Positions 23,550-35,800 of a stretch of 64,000 bases of DNA are shown one piece after another. Source of the stretch: Podarcis bocagei (lineage: Eukaryota). Position 1 is the first letter of the stretch. The number at the start of each line of letters is the position of its first letter. A program made the translations under genes and the position numbers. Location of the stretch: assembly GCA_964188305.1 (NCBI GenBank), contig OZ076886.1, one strand, 5' to 3'. The notes under the pieces are model-generated. The model was not told the DNA's origin. It saw only the letters and a list, made by a program, of their open reading frames with translations, and did not search any database.

Positions 23550-23621
23550 TTTCCTGCTTGGCAGGGGGTTGGACTCGATGGCCCTTGTGGTCTCTTCCAA
23601 CTCTATGATTCTATGATTCTA
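23550..23621 (+). mobile_element. CR1 LINE 3' tail
   Basis: gcagggggttggactcgatggcc...cttccaactctatgattctatgattcta, with the CR1 octamer tail repeat. Confidence 0.85.
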
Positions 23622-25554
23622 CTGCTTTTACTTGGAGGCCACAACTGTGAAGGCCCTTCTCCAAGCCATCAATGTTTTACCCCAGGGAAAACTGTTGTGC
23701 TGACCTTCAGTTGGCAGACGCCAATCACCATCAGCCCTAGCCAACTTAGCCACTGATCTTCACACCCTAGAGCAGGGGTCACTAACCTTTCTGGACCAGT
23801 GGGCACATTTTAAATTTTGAGAGCGTGCTGTGGGCTCCAGTCACAAAATGGCTACCATGGGGGCAAGGCATAACACATGTGTTGTAACACAATTAGAGTG
23901 AGTACAATCATTGCTCCTCCTTCCCCTGGACAAGCTCATACTTACCATGGGAGGCCAGGTATAGGATGCCAATGGGGAAAGCTTAACTCTCACACGATTG
24001 ACACAAATCTCTGACCCCAGACTTCGGTACCGCTTGCTTTGGGGCATGTATATTTTCCATTCATTTCTTCTCTTAATGTGTGTACTGTGGCAATTTGTCA
24101 TTGCTTTTGGGTAGCTGGGGATCTGTTTATCTTTAAGATCGAGGTGTGTATGTACTGTGTGATTTTCTGATCACATATATGTAACTTGGCTGCCTGAAGC
24201 ACCATCTATATATTCTGGCTCCTTTATTTCATATAATAAAACAACATTTCTTTATTCCTCTGGGGTGAACTTATCAGGCATATGGTTAAGAGCTGAAACA
24301 TATATTCATAAATAGTCACATGTATTGATTCTGGCAAAATATCCCAAACCTATTGGGAATGTGTGTAGGGGTACGGGGGGCGGGGGCGGGGGTGGATATG
24401 CATGTGGATTCAGGCTTACACCACATAACAAAATATGCACATCGCTTGGTAGGAAAAAATGAATGGTGAACTATGGCATTTCCAAGAAAATAAAACAGAA
24501 GCAGGGAAAGTGTGATAAAAGGGAACGGAAAACAGTAGTTCTTTAGGACCCTAGCGATTCCTATAGCTGGTGTCCAAGCAACTCACTTCACTGATCAGCT
24601 AAAAACACTGATAAGCAAGAGCAACTAGGCTGGCTCATTTTGTGTAAATCGCTTAGAAGCGTACCTGCACATTTTGCTTCATAACTTTCTTTTAAGTGTC
24701 TTGCTGCTTTACTCTTGAGTAAGGAGCTTTGAGGCATGCATGGTGGCCCCACCTATAGGTCAGTGTTTATGGTGGTTATGAAAGTGCTAGTGCTGCTTTT
24801 TAGCAAACGGCACAACCCACACTTCAGGCCAGAACACCCCCCTTAAGCCTTGCATAGAACCCTGCTCATGACAAACTGGTCACCTGAACCATTAATCCTA
24901 TCCACAGATTACCATCTGGCACATCACTGCCCACATTTCTGAGGCGGATTGAGGCATGGTGTTGGTCTCTGTCCGCAGAAAGGATTCACGAAGCCACTTT
25001 GCTCTTTGTAAAGCTGGCTGTGAGTTCACAGCAGATGTATAGGCTGGTTCTCCCACCAGCACTGCTGAGCATCTTGGAGCTCTCGACGTGCTGGTGGTTG
25101 AAGGTCTACCAAGGTATTATGTTGATGTTGACCAGCTCCTCAGAACACTGGGTGCTTTGACATGGAGACAAGTTTTTCTAGTTCATTGCAGGTTATGCTT
25201 ATAAGGCAAGAACACAAGTGGAGCAGGTGAGTTATACCAGCCCTTTGAGTGCATGACAGGCTGGCGTGCTGCCACAAGCACTGTGTTTTGGGATACCTCT
25301 TTGTGTATCACCTACTGCAACGGATGTCTTGCCTGTGCTGCAAGTTTTTCCACCCAGCTTCCTGCTATCTTTATAATACCCTGACACAGAGAGATCAAGC
25401 AGGAGCCAGCTACTCTGAAGGATGAAGGCTCGGGGCCACTTTTCCACATTTGGCAAGTAGTTTGAACTATAATTTGGTTGCTGCCTGTTTGAGTGATCTT
25501 CGGGCCCACAGACAACATCTCTCCACTTGAGTGCATACCTAGGACTTGTGTGTA

Positions 25555-25782
25555 CAGTTGTACCTCTTGTTACATCAGTCTTCCGGGTTTTACCCTGCGC
25601 GCATGTGCAGAAGTGCTCTGCGCATCTCGTGCATGCGCAGAAGAGCTCTGCACACCTCACACATGCACAGAAACGCTCTATTGTGCCGCGTGCATGCGCA
25701 GAAGCGGCACTCTAGTTGCGGACTTTTCAGGGTGCAAACGGCACCCTGGAACGGATCGAGTACATAACTAGAGGTACCACCG
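25555..25782. mobile_element. Tc1/mariner (Tigger-like) MITE
   Basis: TA-cagttgtacctc...gaggtaccaccg-TA; internal gcatgcgcagaag repeats. Confidence 0.8.
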
Positions 25783-28700
25783 TACTGGGCCCTACAGACA
25801 GCAGGAGCCAAGGGAGATGTTGAGAATGGGAACCTGTTTATCAGAACAGGGGGTGATCATAGTTAGACAGACCATTAACCAGTTCTGGGTAAAGAGGGAG
25901 GCTGCTAGCCAAGAGCATCTGTAGACCAGCTTCCTAACACTACTGGACTGGAAAAAGCTGACTCTTATGGCTGGGTGAAGTGTCAAATTAGTTCTCATAA
26001 ATGTTTGAATACTATGTGCTCTATCTGGCTGCTCATCAAATTTATCCAAATAAAAGGGTTTTTGTTTGCTTGCTTGCTTACAGCAGGAATGTGACTCAAT
26101 TGCCAGACAACACCTTCCAAGCTAGCGTGTTGACTGCAAGGAAATATTTTCACTCGAGTGCTCCAAGAGCAAATTCAAGCTGTGGGCAAAAGGCGAGTCC
26201 TTGTCTCCCCAATCATACACTTCCCCCATCCCATCTGCCCAGCCACCTTCTCTCCTGCACCAGCAGGTCTATCAATGCTTGTAAGTCCTATTTTGATTGA
26301 GGCTGCATGACTATGACAAATCATTACATGCAACACACTTCCTCACATACTCTTTTTACACTTGCTTGTACCATTGGTAAAAGCAGTCCTCGGAGGTTAA
26401 ATGAAAGGAACTTCTTCACACAATGCAGAATTACGGTAATCTGTGGAATTCATTCCCCCACAAAGCATTGCTGGCTGCTATCTCTTGACTGCTTTACAAA
26501 GGCCATGGTAGCTCCCCCACCTGAGTGCAAAGAAAGCCAAGGCTCTAGGGATGGGGAATCTGTGACCCCCCAGAAGCTGTAGGACTCCAACTTCCATCAG
26601 CCCAGCATAGCCAATGGCCAAGGATTATGAGAGATGTACTGTAGTCTAACAACATCTGGAGGGCCACAGGTTGCCTATCCTTGACGCATCCTTTGGAGTA
26701 CCTCATATTGAAAACGCACAAAGGAAGGCTGTTGCCTCCATGTCCTGCTGGAATTTCCAAAGAAATCATGCTGGGACCAGACCAGATGGAGCTTTGTTCT
26801 CATCTACAAATCTTTTTCTTATATTCTTGAAAGGAAGCATGTGTCTTTTCTCCCTTCCCTATTCAAGTCAAAGGCTAAGTAGTCCCTGCTGCACCATTCC
26901 AACAGGATTGCCAAGCTGGTCTTAAAAAACTCCTCTAACAGCTGTAATGTTATAGTGGTCCCGGAAGACTCTCACACCATTTAGCAAGGCATTTGCACCC
27001 AATTCTCTCCCCCTCTCCCCTCCTGCAGCATGTACAAAATTACCTCCCCCAAAGATATACGGGGAATAGGATTTTGCACTACTTCTGAGTGCTCGGTCCA
27101 GAGAAGTGTGTTTTTAATACCAAGAAATAAAGTTGCTAGGTTGGACATCTGAAATAAGCCACCCAAAAAGCCAGAACGACACACAGAGCAGGATTCAGAT
27201 AATGAGTTCCACTAGTGGAAGCCCACACAAGGGTTCCCACTAGCAGAGCAAGGCTCCCCCCCAAAAAAAATTGACTCGGGGTGTGTGTGTGTGCACATGT
27301 ACCAGGGGAACCCACAGAACAGTGTGTGGGTGTAAGAGAGAGCAGACTACAAGTGCTTCTGGGGTGAGGTGGAGTGGAATGAGGAGAGTAGTTTCTCCAG
27401 GGCATCATCATCCTACATGGAGAATCAGCTGTTTACAAGGGTGGAGTCTTGGTTTTCTCTGGGAGACATCCTATTATTTCTTACTGTGCTCTTTAAAACA
27501 ACTTTAAGGGATGGAACAGGTCCAAGTCCAACTACCAAAAGGTAAATAAAACACAGACGGCAATATACGTCATGCAGGCTTCAAAACAAGCATCATTCCA
27601 ATTGCTTTTGTGTGGCACATTCAGCTCAATGCAGGCACTCCCAGGGGTCAATTGCACTAAAATGTCGGCAGCAGGGCTGCAGCTAAGGAATGGATGGGCA
27701 AGTAACTTTGCTCTCAGTATTTTAGGAGCAAACTTGGTCTCTAAACACCATCGCAGCTAGAGGGCTCCCAGACACCCTGTATGGAACCAGTTTCATGATG
27801 CATGAAAATGCAGACCAGTTACTACAATGGCTTGCTGAATCGCTGTTTAGACCTGTATGGCCCAGCTAATTGTCTTGTGCATCCTGACAGGGGATGAACA
27901 AATTGGCCTTCTTCCCCTCATTGTTTGTGCCTTGCCTCCCATGGGGGGAAGCCATCCCATTTCCCAGCCCCCAATCAGCCGGCAGGATGGCGTGTTTGTT
28001 CCTGCTTGTAGCTTCTCAGAAACATAGCCACAATAGTCCTACCCGATGCTCCTTCCAGCAGCGGAGACAGAAAGCTCAAGGTCCACCTTGTTGACTAAGC
28101 ATGGCCTGGTACAGTGGCTGCAGCAAGAAGACTGGAAGACAAGACTGCCATAAGCATCACTGCGGCCCCTCAAAGGGTGGGCATCTGATACATCCCTGCT
28201 AATTTGATTCTAAGTCGGGGGAGAATTGGTATGTACCTGGGAAGGGGGGAGCAACTCCTTCCAATACCACATGACCAGAGCATTCAAGGGCCTACACAGC
28301 TTACTAGGAGCTGTAGAATCTCAGAGTGCCCATTAAAATGAAATGGCTGGCTGCACGCAGTGCAGCATCTGGTTCCACTTCACATGCAGGGCCATTTCCA
28401 ACCCAGCCCTCACCAACCCGTTTAATATTTGGACTGCTCCAAGCAGGGAGATTTAGAAATATTTGAGTCAAGGAAACACAAATATCACAGGGCAGAAATC
28501 GAATGACTTCTTTGAGATTATTTGCTCTCACTCCAGAGGCAGACCCCTAGCACGCGAGACACATTATTTTTATGTTGTTGCTCTGACAGGGCTCAAGCAT
28601 AGAGACCCCCCCCCCAAGGAAAAAGTTGCACCTGGCCATGAAGTTAGAGTACTGCAGTTGTTTTACTGGGTATTTCTCTGGGTAGTTTCCTTTTTCCCAA

Positions 28701-30869
28701 TGTGCCATCTGCAACCTCTCTTTTGAGGTAGTTGCTACACGCACCTGCTCACTTCTCCCTTAGCAGCAACCAGAGAACCGTCTTGCTTACACAGATCTGC
28801 AACACCACCCTAACTGGCTGGGTCCCAACTCCCGCATCCTACCATTTCCTCCACAGAGGAAGTTTTAATTTTTGTCCGTGTCGGCCAAGAGATGGGATAA
28901 GCCGGAACTCCACTTGTGGGCACTCTGCACCTCCCCTCCCCACAACACGCCCCTTAAGCACACATGCAGGCAAAAAGCAATTTAGTAATGTCAATATATT
29001 TTTATCTTAAAGATGCTTTACACATAGAATACAAAAATATGCCCAAGGAGAATATGGTGCCTGGTCTACCCACAAGGCTTCCGGTGCCAGGGCACAGGAA
29101 GGCAAGGCTTGGCAGAAACCTCACCCACTCTGAGCATGAGGTGTGGGTCCCGAGGGCAACTAGGCTCCACATCCTACTTGGGGTTAGTGTCTTAAAGAGA
29201 TACAGTAGGTGGACTGGGGCTGTGAGGTGTGATTGAAGAGGGAGGGGGCCTTCATGGCTCCTAGGGTGACCAGACAGTGCCTGAACTACAGTATTGGGAT
29301 ACAGTACAGGGAAGAGGCCCAACATTTGGGTGTGTGCGCGCGTGCGTGTAGTGTCAGTGAGAGAATATCAATAATTTAACAGAGGCAGCTTTTCAGGCAT
29401 TATTAACTGGGCCACCCTGGGAGGTAGGTCAGTATGACAAGGTTGGACAGATTAGTCAAAGACAGATCTCGACAAGGACATGCCCAAACCCAGACCGCAA
29501 GGAGAAGCTGCTGCTGTTGCTGCTTGTGGTTTTGCTGCCCTCTGGGAACATCCCCAGTGCCAAGCAGCACCACCCTGAGCAGAGGAGTTCCCCAGAACCA
29601 GTCCAGTAAGGGAATATTCCCAGCAGTAATTGGGATGGGGGAATGCCACTGGTGTGACAGGCTCAGCAATGGCTCATCACCAGTGAGACACTTGGGACGA
29701 CCACCTTTGTACTATCCACACAGTGTGAGTGACTGGGGGCAAGAAGCTCAGCTGCAGGTGGAGGGTGGTGGTTAAAGAGGAGGTGGGCCTTGAAACCACG
29801 CTTCGCTCTGGGGAAGTGGCTGGAGGCAGGACAAGCCAGGTCCATTCAGGGGGAGAGGGAGTGGCTGGCTATACAGCCTTGAGTCTCTGCTGCCAGCTGT
29901 TCTCAGCCATGCCCAACCAAAGGAAGCTTGAGACTGCCGCTCAAAATGGATTCAAGTTCAACAGCTGACGATGGGGCCGGGAAGCAGAGGCAGGCTTTGT
30001 TAGGCAGGGTAGGACCAGCAGCCGAAACTCAGCTGGAAGGACTGCCTAGCGAAGGATCTCTCTAGGAAACAAGATTGGGGTCGGGGACTTTATTTCCTCC
30101 ACCAGTTTTTTTTTACCTTGTAATCTGATGCTCTCTGATTTCTGAGTGCCTCTCTTGCATATACTACCCAAAGCCAAGCTACGAGGATCAAGCAAGAGAG
30201 AACAGCTATGAAATGAGGTCCACCCGCAGCAAGAGAAGCAGCTTCCCAGTGCATATTGTACCAAAATGGATTGGAGCTGGACCAGCAGCGGATGTTCATG
30301 CTGGAAAAGAGGGATGCGTGTGTGTACCCTCTTAGCCTACCCAGAGCAGATATGCACAGTGAGGAGCTTTTGCCGCACCTGCCCACCCACCCACCCACCC
30401 AAATGGTTGTGTCAGGGCTGTCCAAACCCATCCGAGCTCACCCCAGCCCCATCCGTCGCCTGATGCGAGATTCCCCCAGACTAACTGCCTATCAGGATGC
30501 CTGCATATCCTCGTTCAAGGATAGGCCTGGAAACCAGCAAGGAGCAGCTGCAGCTCCCTGAGAACAGCAAACTGTATGAGCAGAGCGGCAGAAGCCAAGA
30601 ACTGGCAGCAAGGGACTCCTAGCAGACTGTGTTCAGGTCTGAGGGAGCCTCATGCACAAGGAGGTGGTCAGCAGCAGTGATTCTGGCCCCCATTCACATT
30701 ACACTCCAGTCATTAATGCAGGTGACTTATTGCTCGAGGGCCTCTCCAGCCCCTAGGGAAAGGAGGCAGGTGTGGCCCAGCATCGAAGTGAGGGCACAGT
30801 GGTGTGCCAGGCCCACCAGTGGCCTGCCTAGTAGTCCTGCCTGCAGAGTCCAGCAGAGGGCGCAGAGTC

Positions 30870-31021
30870 CTAGTAGCGCCCAACTTTGGCGTCGCCAATC
30901 GCTCCCCAGACGTCGAAGACAAACTCGTCGGGGAAGGCAAAGTCCCCCAGCTGCTCGTCCAGGGACTCAGCAAATTCGTCAGGATTCCGTTTGTCCTTTC
31001 CCAGCTCCACCATGGTAGCAG
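30870..31021 (-). CDS. GIPC1: GIPC1 coding exon 6 (C-terminus, stop TAG)
   Basis: AATMVELGKDKRNPDEFAESLDEQLGDFAFPDEFVFDVWGAIGDAKVGRY*; acceptor catag at 31022-31026; 152 nt. Confidence 0.97.
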
Positions 31022-31266
31022 CTATGCGGGGGAAGGAAAGAAAGCCAGAGGTGAGCATCTCCTCCACACCCCAAACAGCTCACAAGCCAACACAACAACT
31101 GAGACAGAGGCACGGGGAGAGCTTCACATTGGCTCCCATTCCAGCATTGGAAAGGTGTGCCAATCAAGGGGAGATGCCAGCATCTACAGGGAGGCTCCAG
31201 TCTCTTAACTAGTTTGCTTTGGGTGGTTTACTTCCAGATTAAAAGAGGAAAGTAGCAGCAACTCAC

Positions 31267-31348
31267 CTAGCTCTGTGTCACGGATGCCCATGTAACTCTC
31301 CAAAAGATCATCAACCTTCTCAATGGCCTTTTCCTCAAATGCAGATGG
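31267..31348 (-). CDS. GIPC1: GIPC1 coding exon 5
   Basis: [27 protein letters not shown]; cacag| ... |gtgagt; 82 nt. Confidence 0.97.
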
Positions 31349-31947
31349 CTGTGAAGAGGAAGAACACAACGACTGAAGCAGCGACAATGTCTGTTTTCCT
31401 CTCTATTAACTTGAGGGGTGGCAGCTGCGGCTTGGCTACAGCTACTAGCTGACAGAGCCAATGGGTCTAATGCAGAAGAAAATGGCTGCAATGTGGCTGA
31501 AGAATTTTGGTAGAGATTGGAGAGTGGGAGACTCTAGAGCTGGTTATCCGGGGACCACGTGTGGCTCCATGTCTTCAGAAGACACATGAAGGCTGTGAGG
31601 AAGAATACCAACCGAGGGCTGCGTGTATCAGCTGGACTATCCCTCTTACCACCAATACCGTCATAACACCCCTTTACTTCTCTGGTCTGCACAATAACTT
31701 GAAGGAGAAGCAGGAAGAAGGAGATGAGAGAAACAGGAGAGATGGCTGCTCCTTCTCCCCCGTCCTCTAAAACCATGCCACAAGGAAGAGCTATGGGGCA
31801 GGGGAAAATATGCTGCTGGGCATGCCTCTCATCAGGGGGGGGGGTGAATTTGTGGACACCTGCTCTAAACCAGTCTTGGGGAAAAGTGGAGCAGAGCAGA
31901 GCTGCCCATCCTTCTGCTCTACATTTCTGGGCTTGCTGAACACACAC

Positions 31948-32060
31948 CTGTTCCTCCACAGTGGCTGGTCCTTTGGCCCGAAGCCGCAGGGTGCCCCTTC
32001 CTGTGCCAAGCTGAGCGCTCCCGCTGTGTTTGCCTCCTGCAGACCGCTGACTGATCATAT
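31948..32060 (-). CDS. GIPC1: GIPC1 coding exon 4
   Basis: DMISQRSAGGKHSGSAQLGTGRGTLRLRAKGPATVEEQ; ccag| ... |gtgtgt; 113 nt. Confidence 0.96.
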
Positions 32061-32777
32061 CTGGAACAGAGCAAGAAAAAAGCCAGGTGAGCTTTTTTGC
32101 AGAGTCTGCACACTGGTGGTCCCAGCTTAGAAACAAGCCCAACAGAATGTTTTCCACACACAGTGACTGCATGAAAAAGAAGCATGAAAAAGAAACACAC
32201 AGTTTTCAGCATGTTACTACTGACCCACATTTAAGGCGGTTTGCAGTCACATGCCAAAGCACAGAGGTGAAGGTCCATGCATGTACGGGAAGTTCACAGA
32301 GAAGTGCTTCAAGCTCAAAGTCAAAAGGCAAAAATGTTTTCCACGACTACCACACACTGTGAAGCGGTCATGAAGCCGTTGGCATATCTAGAGAAGACCA
32401 TTTCGCTCAAGTCCAATTCCAAGCAAGTGACACCCAGCCAGTATCAGTGACTGTTTGTCAAAGTACAAGAATGATACGACTTTAAAAAGCAATAGTTGGG
32501 TGAGGGCAATAATTCAAAAGGAGAACTCTAGGAAGAAACACATTTTAGTATGCCAAGTGCACAGATAGGTAAGCGGGATGTCAGTGGAACTGGGGAGGAT
32601 ATGATGTGTGGGGCAGAGATTGAGAAAGAAAGGGCAGAGATTGAGAGAGACATTCAAGAAATGGTGTAGGCAATAGCAATGGTGAGGACAATCTTTCCAC
32701 AGTGGAAGCTAACATGGGAGTGATGGTAAGCAGACCACTGTGAAACAAGCTTAGGAAATGCCATTCTACGTAGCTGA

Positions 32778-32781
<4 letters not shown>

Positions 32782-32821
<40 letters not shown>
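32782..32821. repeat. (TA)n microsatellite
   Basis: Seen directly. Confidence 0.98.
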
Positions 32822-32824
<3 letters not shown>

Positions 32825-35800
32825 CCAAAACACATCAGGCCCATTTCCTTCTCACATCCCAATGCTCAAATAAAACAAAAAAGACATCTTCTCAGCAGCA
32901 GCTCCCATGCCTGCAGATGTCATATTTCCATAGCCCTTGCCAGAACTGCACCTTCTGAGTCTACGTGCCTCTCAAGGCACTGTTAAGTTCAGCCGAAGAA
33001 TCAATTAAAGTCCCTAGGGAGAGGGAATTAGTCCTGTTAGATCCATGGCTTGCCAAGGGGTCAACGCCTCTGCAGCACCGAGTTCCCAGATAGAGGAAAA
33101 GGGAAAGCGGAAGTGGAGGGGGGTAAAGTCTAGCACTGCAGGACAGTCTGAATTAGACATTCTTTCTAAAGGCAAGAATAGAAAGAGTGATGTTGGAAGA
33201 AGCCAGCTGTGTCAACACCAAGGGGGAGATGCAGGGCAAGAACAGGAGCAGGGGGAGCAAACTTACAAGAACTCTACCCCAACAAGGTAAGCATAATCAA
33301 AAACAAGATAGTGATAACAGAGCTATGTTGGGCAGAGGAGATGCAGAGGGCCATTTCACATGTAACAGAAGAGCAGTTAATTCAGGGTTTGTACCAGTGT
33401 GTCAAGTGGACCTTTCCACGCTTTCAGGTTATTGTTGAACATACTGCCTATGGCAGGGGCAGGGACCTATAGCTTTCCAGAGGTTGACGGATTACAACTC
33501 TCACCGATCCCTATCCCTGACCACTGCTCACACTGGCCATGGCTGATGGGGATTGCAGGGCAGCAGCAGGCAGAGGGGCATAAGTTCTACAAGTTCCTAC
33601 GAGGAGATCTGTGAGCTCCTAATCCAAAATACAGACTATTCTCTTCACATTATACCTGGAAACATGGGAAGGAAAACCGCAAGGCGGTCACCTGTCTTTC
33701 TCTCACACACCCTCAGCTCCAGTCCCTCAGCAGCCTGCAGTGGACACTGTGGAAGAATTCAGCACTGCCTGAACTGATCATTCCATTGGCACAAGCATCA
33801 CAGCTGGCAAGTGGAATGAGTCCCTCCTCTCCTCCCCCTACACACAGTTCTGGGGGGTTCTCCTGACCTCCTTCTCAAGCCACCTGAAGAGGCTATGCAG
33901 GGAGAAGAGAGGGGAAAGCCCCTCTGCGCAAGCTGAAGTCCTAGCACAGGGCTTCTGCTGATGGGACCTGCTAGGTGGCTCCCACCCTGTGCATCCAACC
34001 GCAGTACAAACAGGATGGGCATTTCTTTCCCCGCCAGTATTTTACCTCTGCCAAGGTTTTGTACAAATTCTGCAAGCTTGAGAAAGCAGTCTTTGCTCAC
34101 TTCCTCTGAACAGTGCCTGAGGGTGGTGAAACCATCAGCCACAATGTCCTAATCTCCTTGCCATTTCCCGACTTCTGCAATTGCTTTGGGCCCCTGTTGC
34201 CATCACTGGTTTGTGGTGGTTCATCGAGTACCTGATAAGGTTTGGCTGACTGAACAGTTCTTTACACAGCTGCAACTATCTGGCCTGTTGCTGATCTGGA
34301 TGCTTTCTTCCCTGATCTGGATGCTTTCTTCCTTCATACCGCTTGTAAACTTATTCTCTAACCTCCAAGCAGACTGTAGCCGTAGGAGCCTTTTCCTTAA
34401 ATCAGCAACATTATCCAAAGCACTCTCGCCACTTACAAGCAGTAACAGGAAGGCCACTGCATATAGCAGGCCCTTTCTGTATAGTTTACAGTAGAAATGC
34501 ATAAGATAATATTTTATCTCACTTTGCATTTTTGCCTACAGAACATTGTGTTGAACTACATGAACAGAGGATCTATGGCAGATGTGTTGATCTGATGACA
34601 TTAACACAGGGCACTTTATGGAGGGACATGGAAAGTATCGGTTCTTTAATGGAGCACTTAATAGGATTAGCCAACTAAACTGGCTGGGGAAAATAGGGAA
34701 TTTTGTCCAAGACATCTGGAGGGCAATAGGTTGGGGAAGGCTTTCATGAAATGGAAGTACTACTCTTTTTCACAACCAATTAATGAAAGGGTGATGAATG
34801 GTGCAAAAGAATACAGAACCGCAGCGATACCCTCCCAAACCCAGCATATGATCTGAGTCTATCAGCAGGAATGTAGTGCTTAGAAATGGAAAACGTCTGC
34901 CAAGCTATTTCCCCCCTGTATATTCTGTGGGTATACACTGGCCTAGTTGAATAAGCTCAAAAGTCCACGCAGATTTCCTGCCCAAAGGAACTAAAAATCA
35001 CTTCATATTAGTTCAAATCATTGCTTAAAATCTCTGTCATAACAGAAGTGTGTGCAATGACACGGGGGCAGCTTTGAGAAAGGAATTAAAACAAGTGCTG
35101 AGGCTTTCAAATTTGCTTTGTTCTCTGAAGTCAGATGCCCAACACAACTAATTGGTGGGAGGCAGCCTCCAGTCCAGTGTGTGGTCCTGGAAAAGTAACT
35201 GGCAGGTTAAAGCCCTGGCTAAGAATGGAAGAACACAATATGCTAGGAATGTCGCTGGGATGAGGCATTGACTTCCTTTGTCATGACGATTAGTCTGCCA
35301 GCTTTTAAGGCAGATGCGCGCACAAGAGTGGTCACATGCTTCTGCATAAGCATAATCAAGAAGAAATGGCCAAGCTTTGGGCAGCAGGGTGTGAGTGTCT
35401 CCCATTAATTTAATGAGGACTACATTCATGTTCCAGGCTAGAGCGGGTCTTTCCAACTGGAGGACAGGCTTCAACAGTCACTTCTATAGAAAACTTTACT
35501 TAATTGCCAGAGGAGAAAGAAATGCTTTTGTTATTGACGTGAGAAGCCATTGCAACATATACTTTCATTGCAGTAACTCAGACACTTAACAGGTAAGAAA
35601 TAGAGATTCCAAAAGAGGCAGTGAGAGGCAGCTCTGGAGCAATAGCTTAGCACCTCTTCTACATGCTCCTAGCTCTTCATTTATAAAGGAACAACTTAGG
35701 TTTTCTATAGTTCACTATAATTGCCTACATTCATAATGAGAGATTGTGCAGTCATTCTTCTATCAGCCAGACAGGTAGAGGAATTCCTGATTTGGATGAG

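Noticed and set aside
24880-25110. Minus-strand translation faintly like an Ig V-set domain (…YICCELTAS…HASIRLRNVGSD)
   Set aside because: In-frame stops, no conserved Trp or YxC, no clear splice sites; not supportable without an HMM search.
30089-30094. AATAAA on the - strand as the GIPC1 poly(A) signal
   Set aside because: Plausible but not distinguishable from a more distal end near ~28970-29040 without transcript data.
33798-34529. Minus-strand ORFs (102 and 114 aa) as extra GIPC1 exons
   Set aside because: GIPC1 is already complete and in frame with six exons. These frames are broken by stops and are more likely an old TE ORF remnant or chance.
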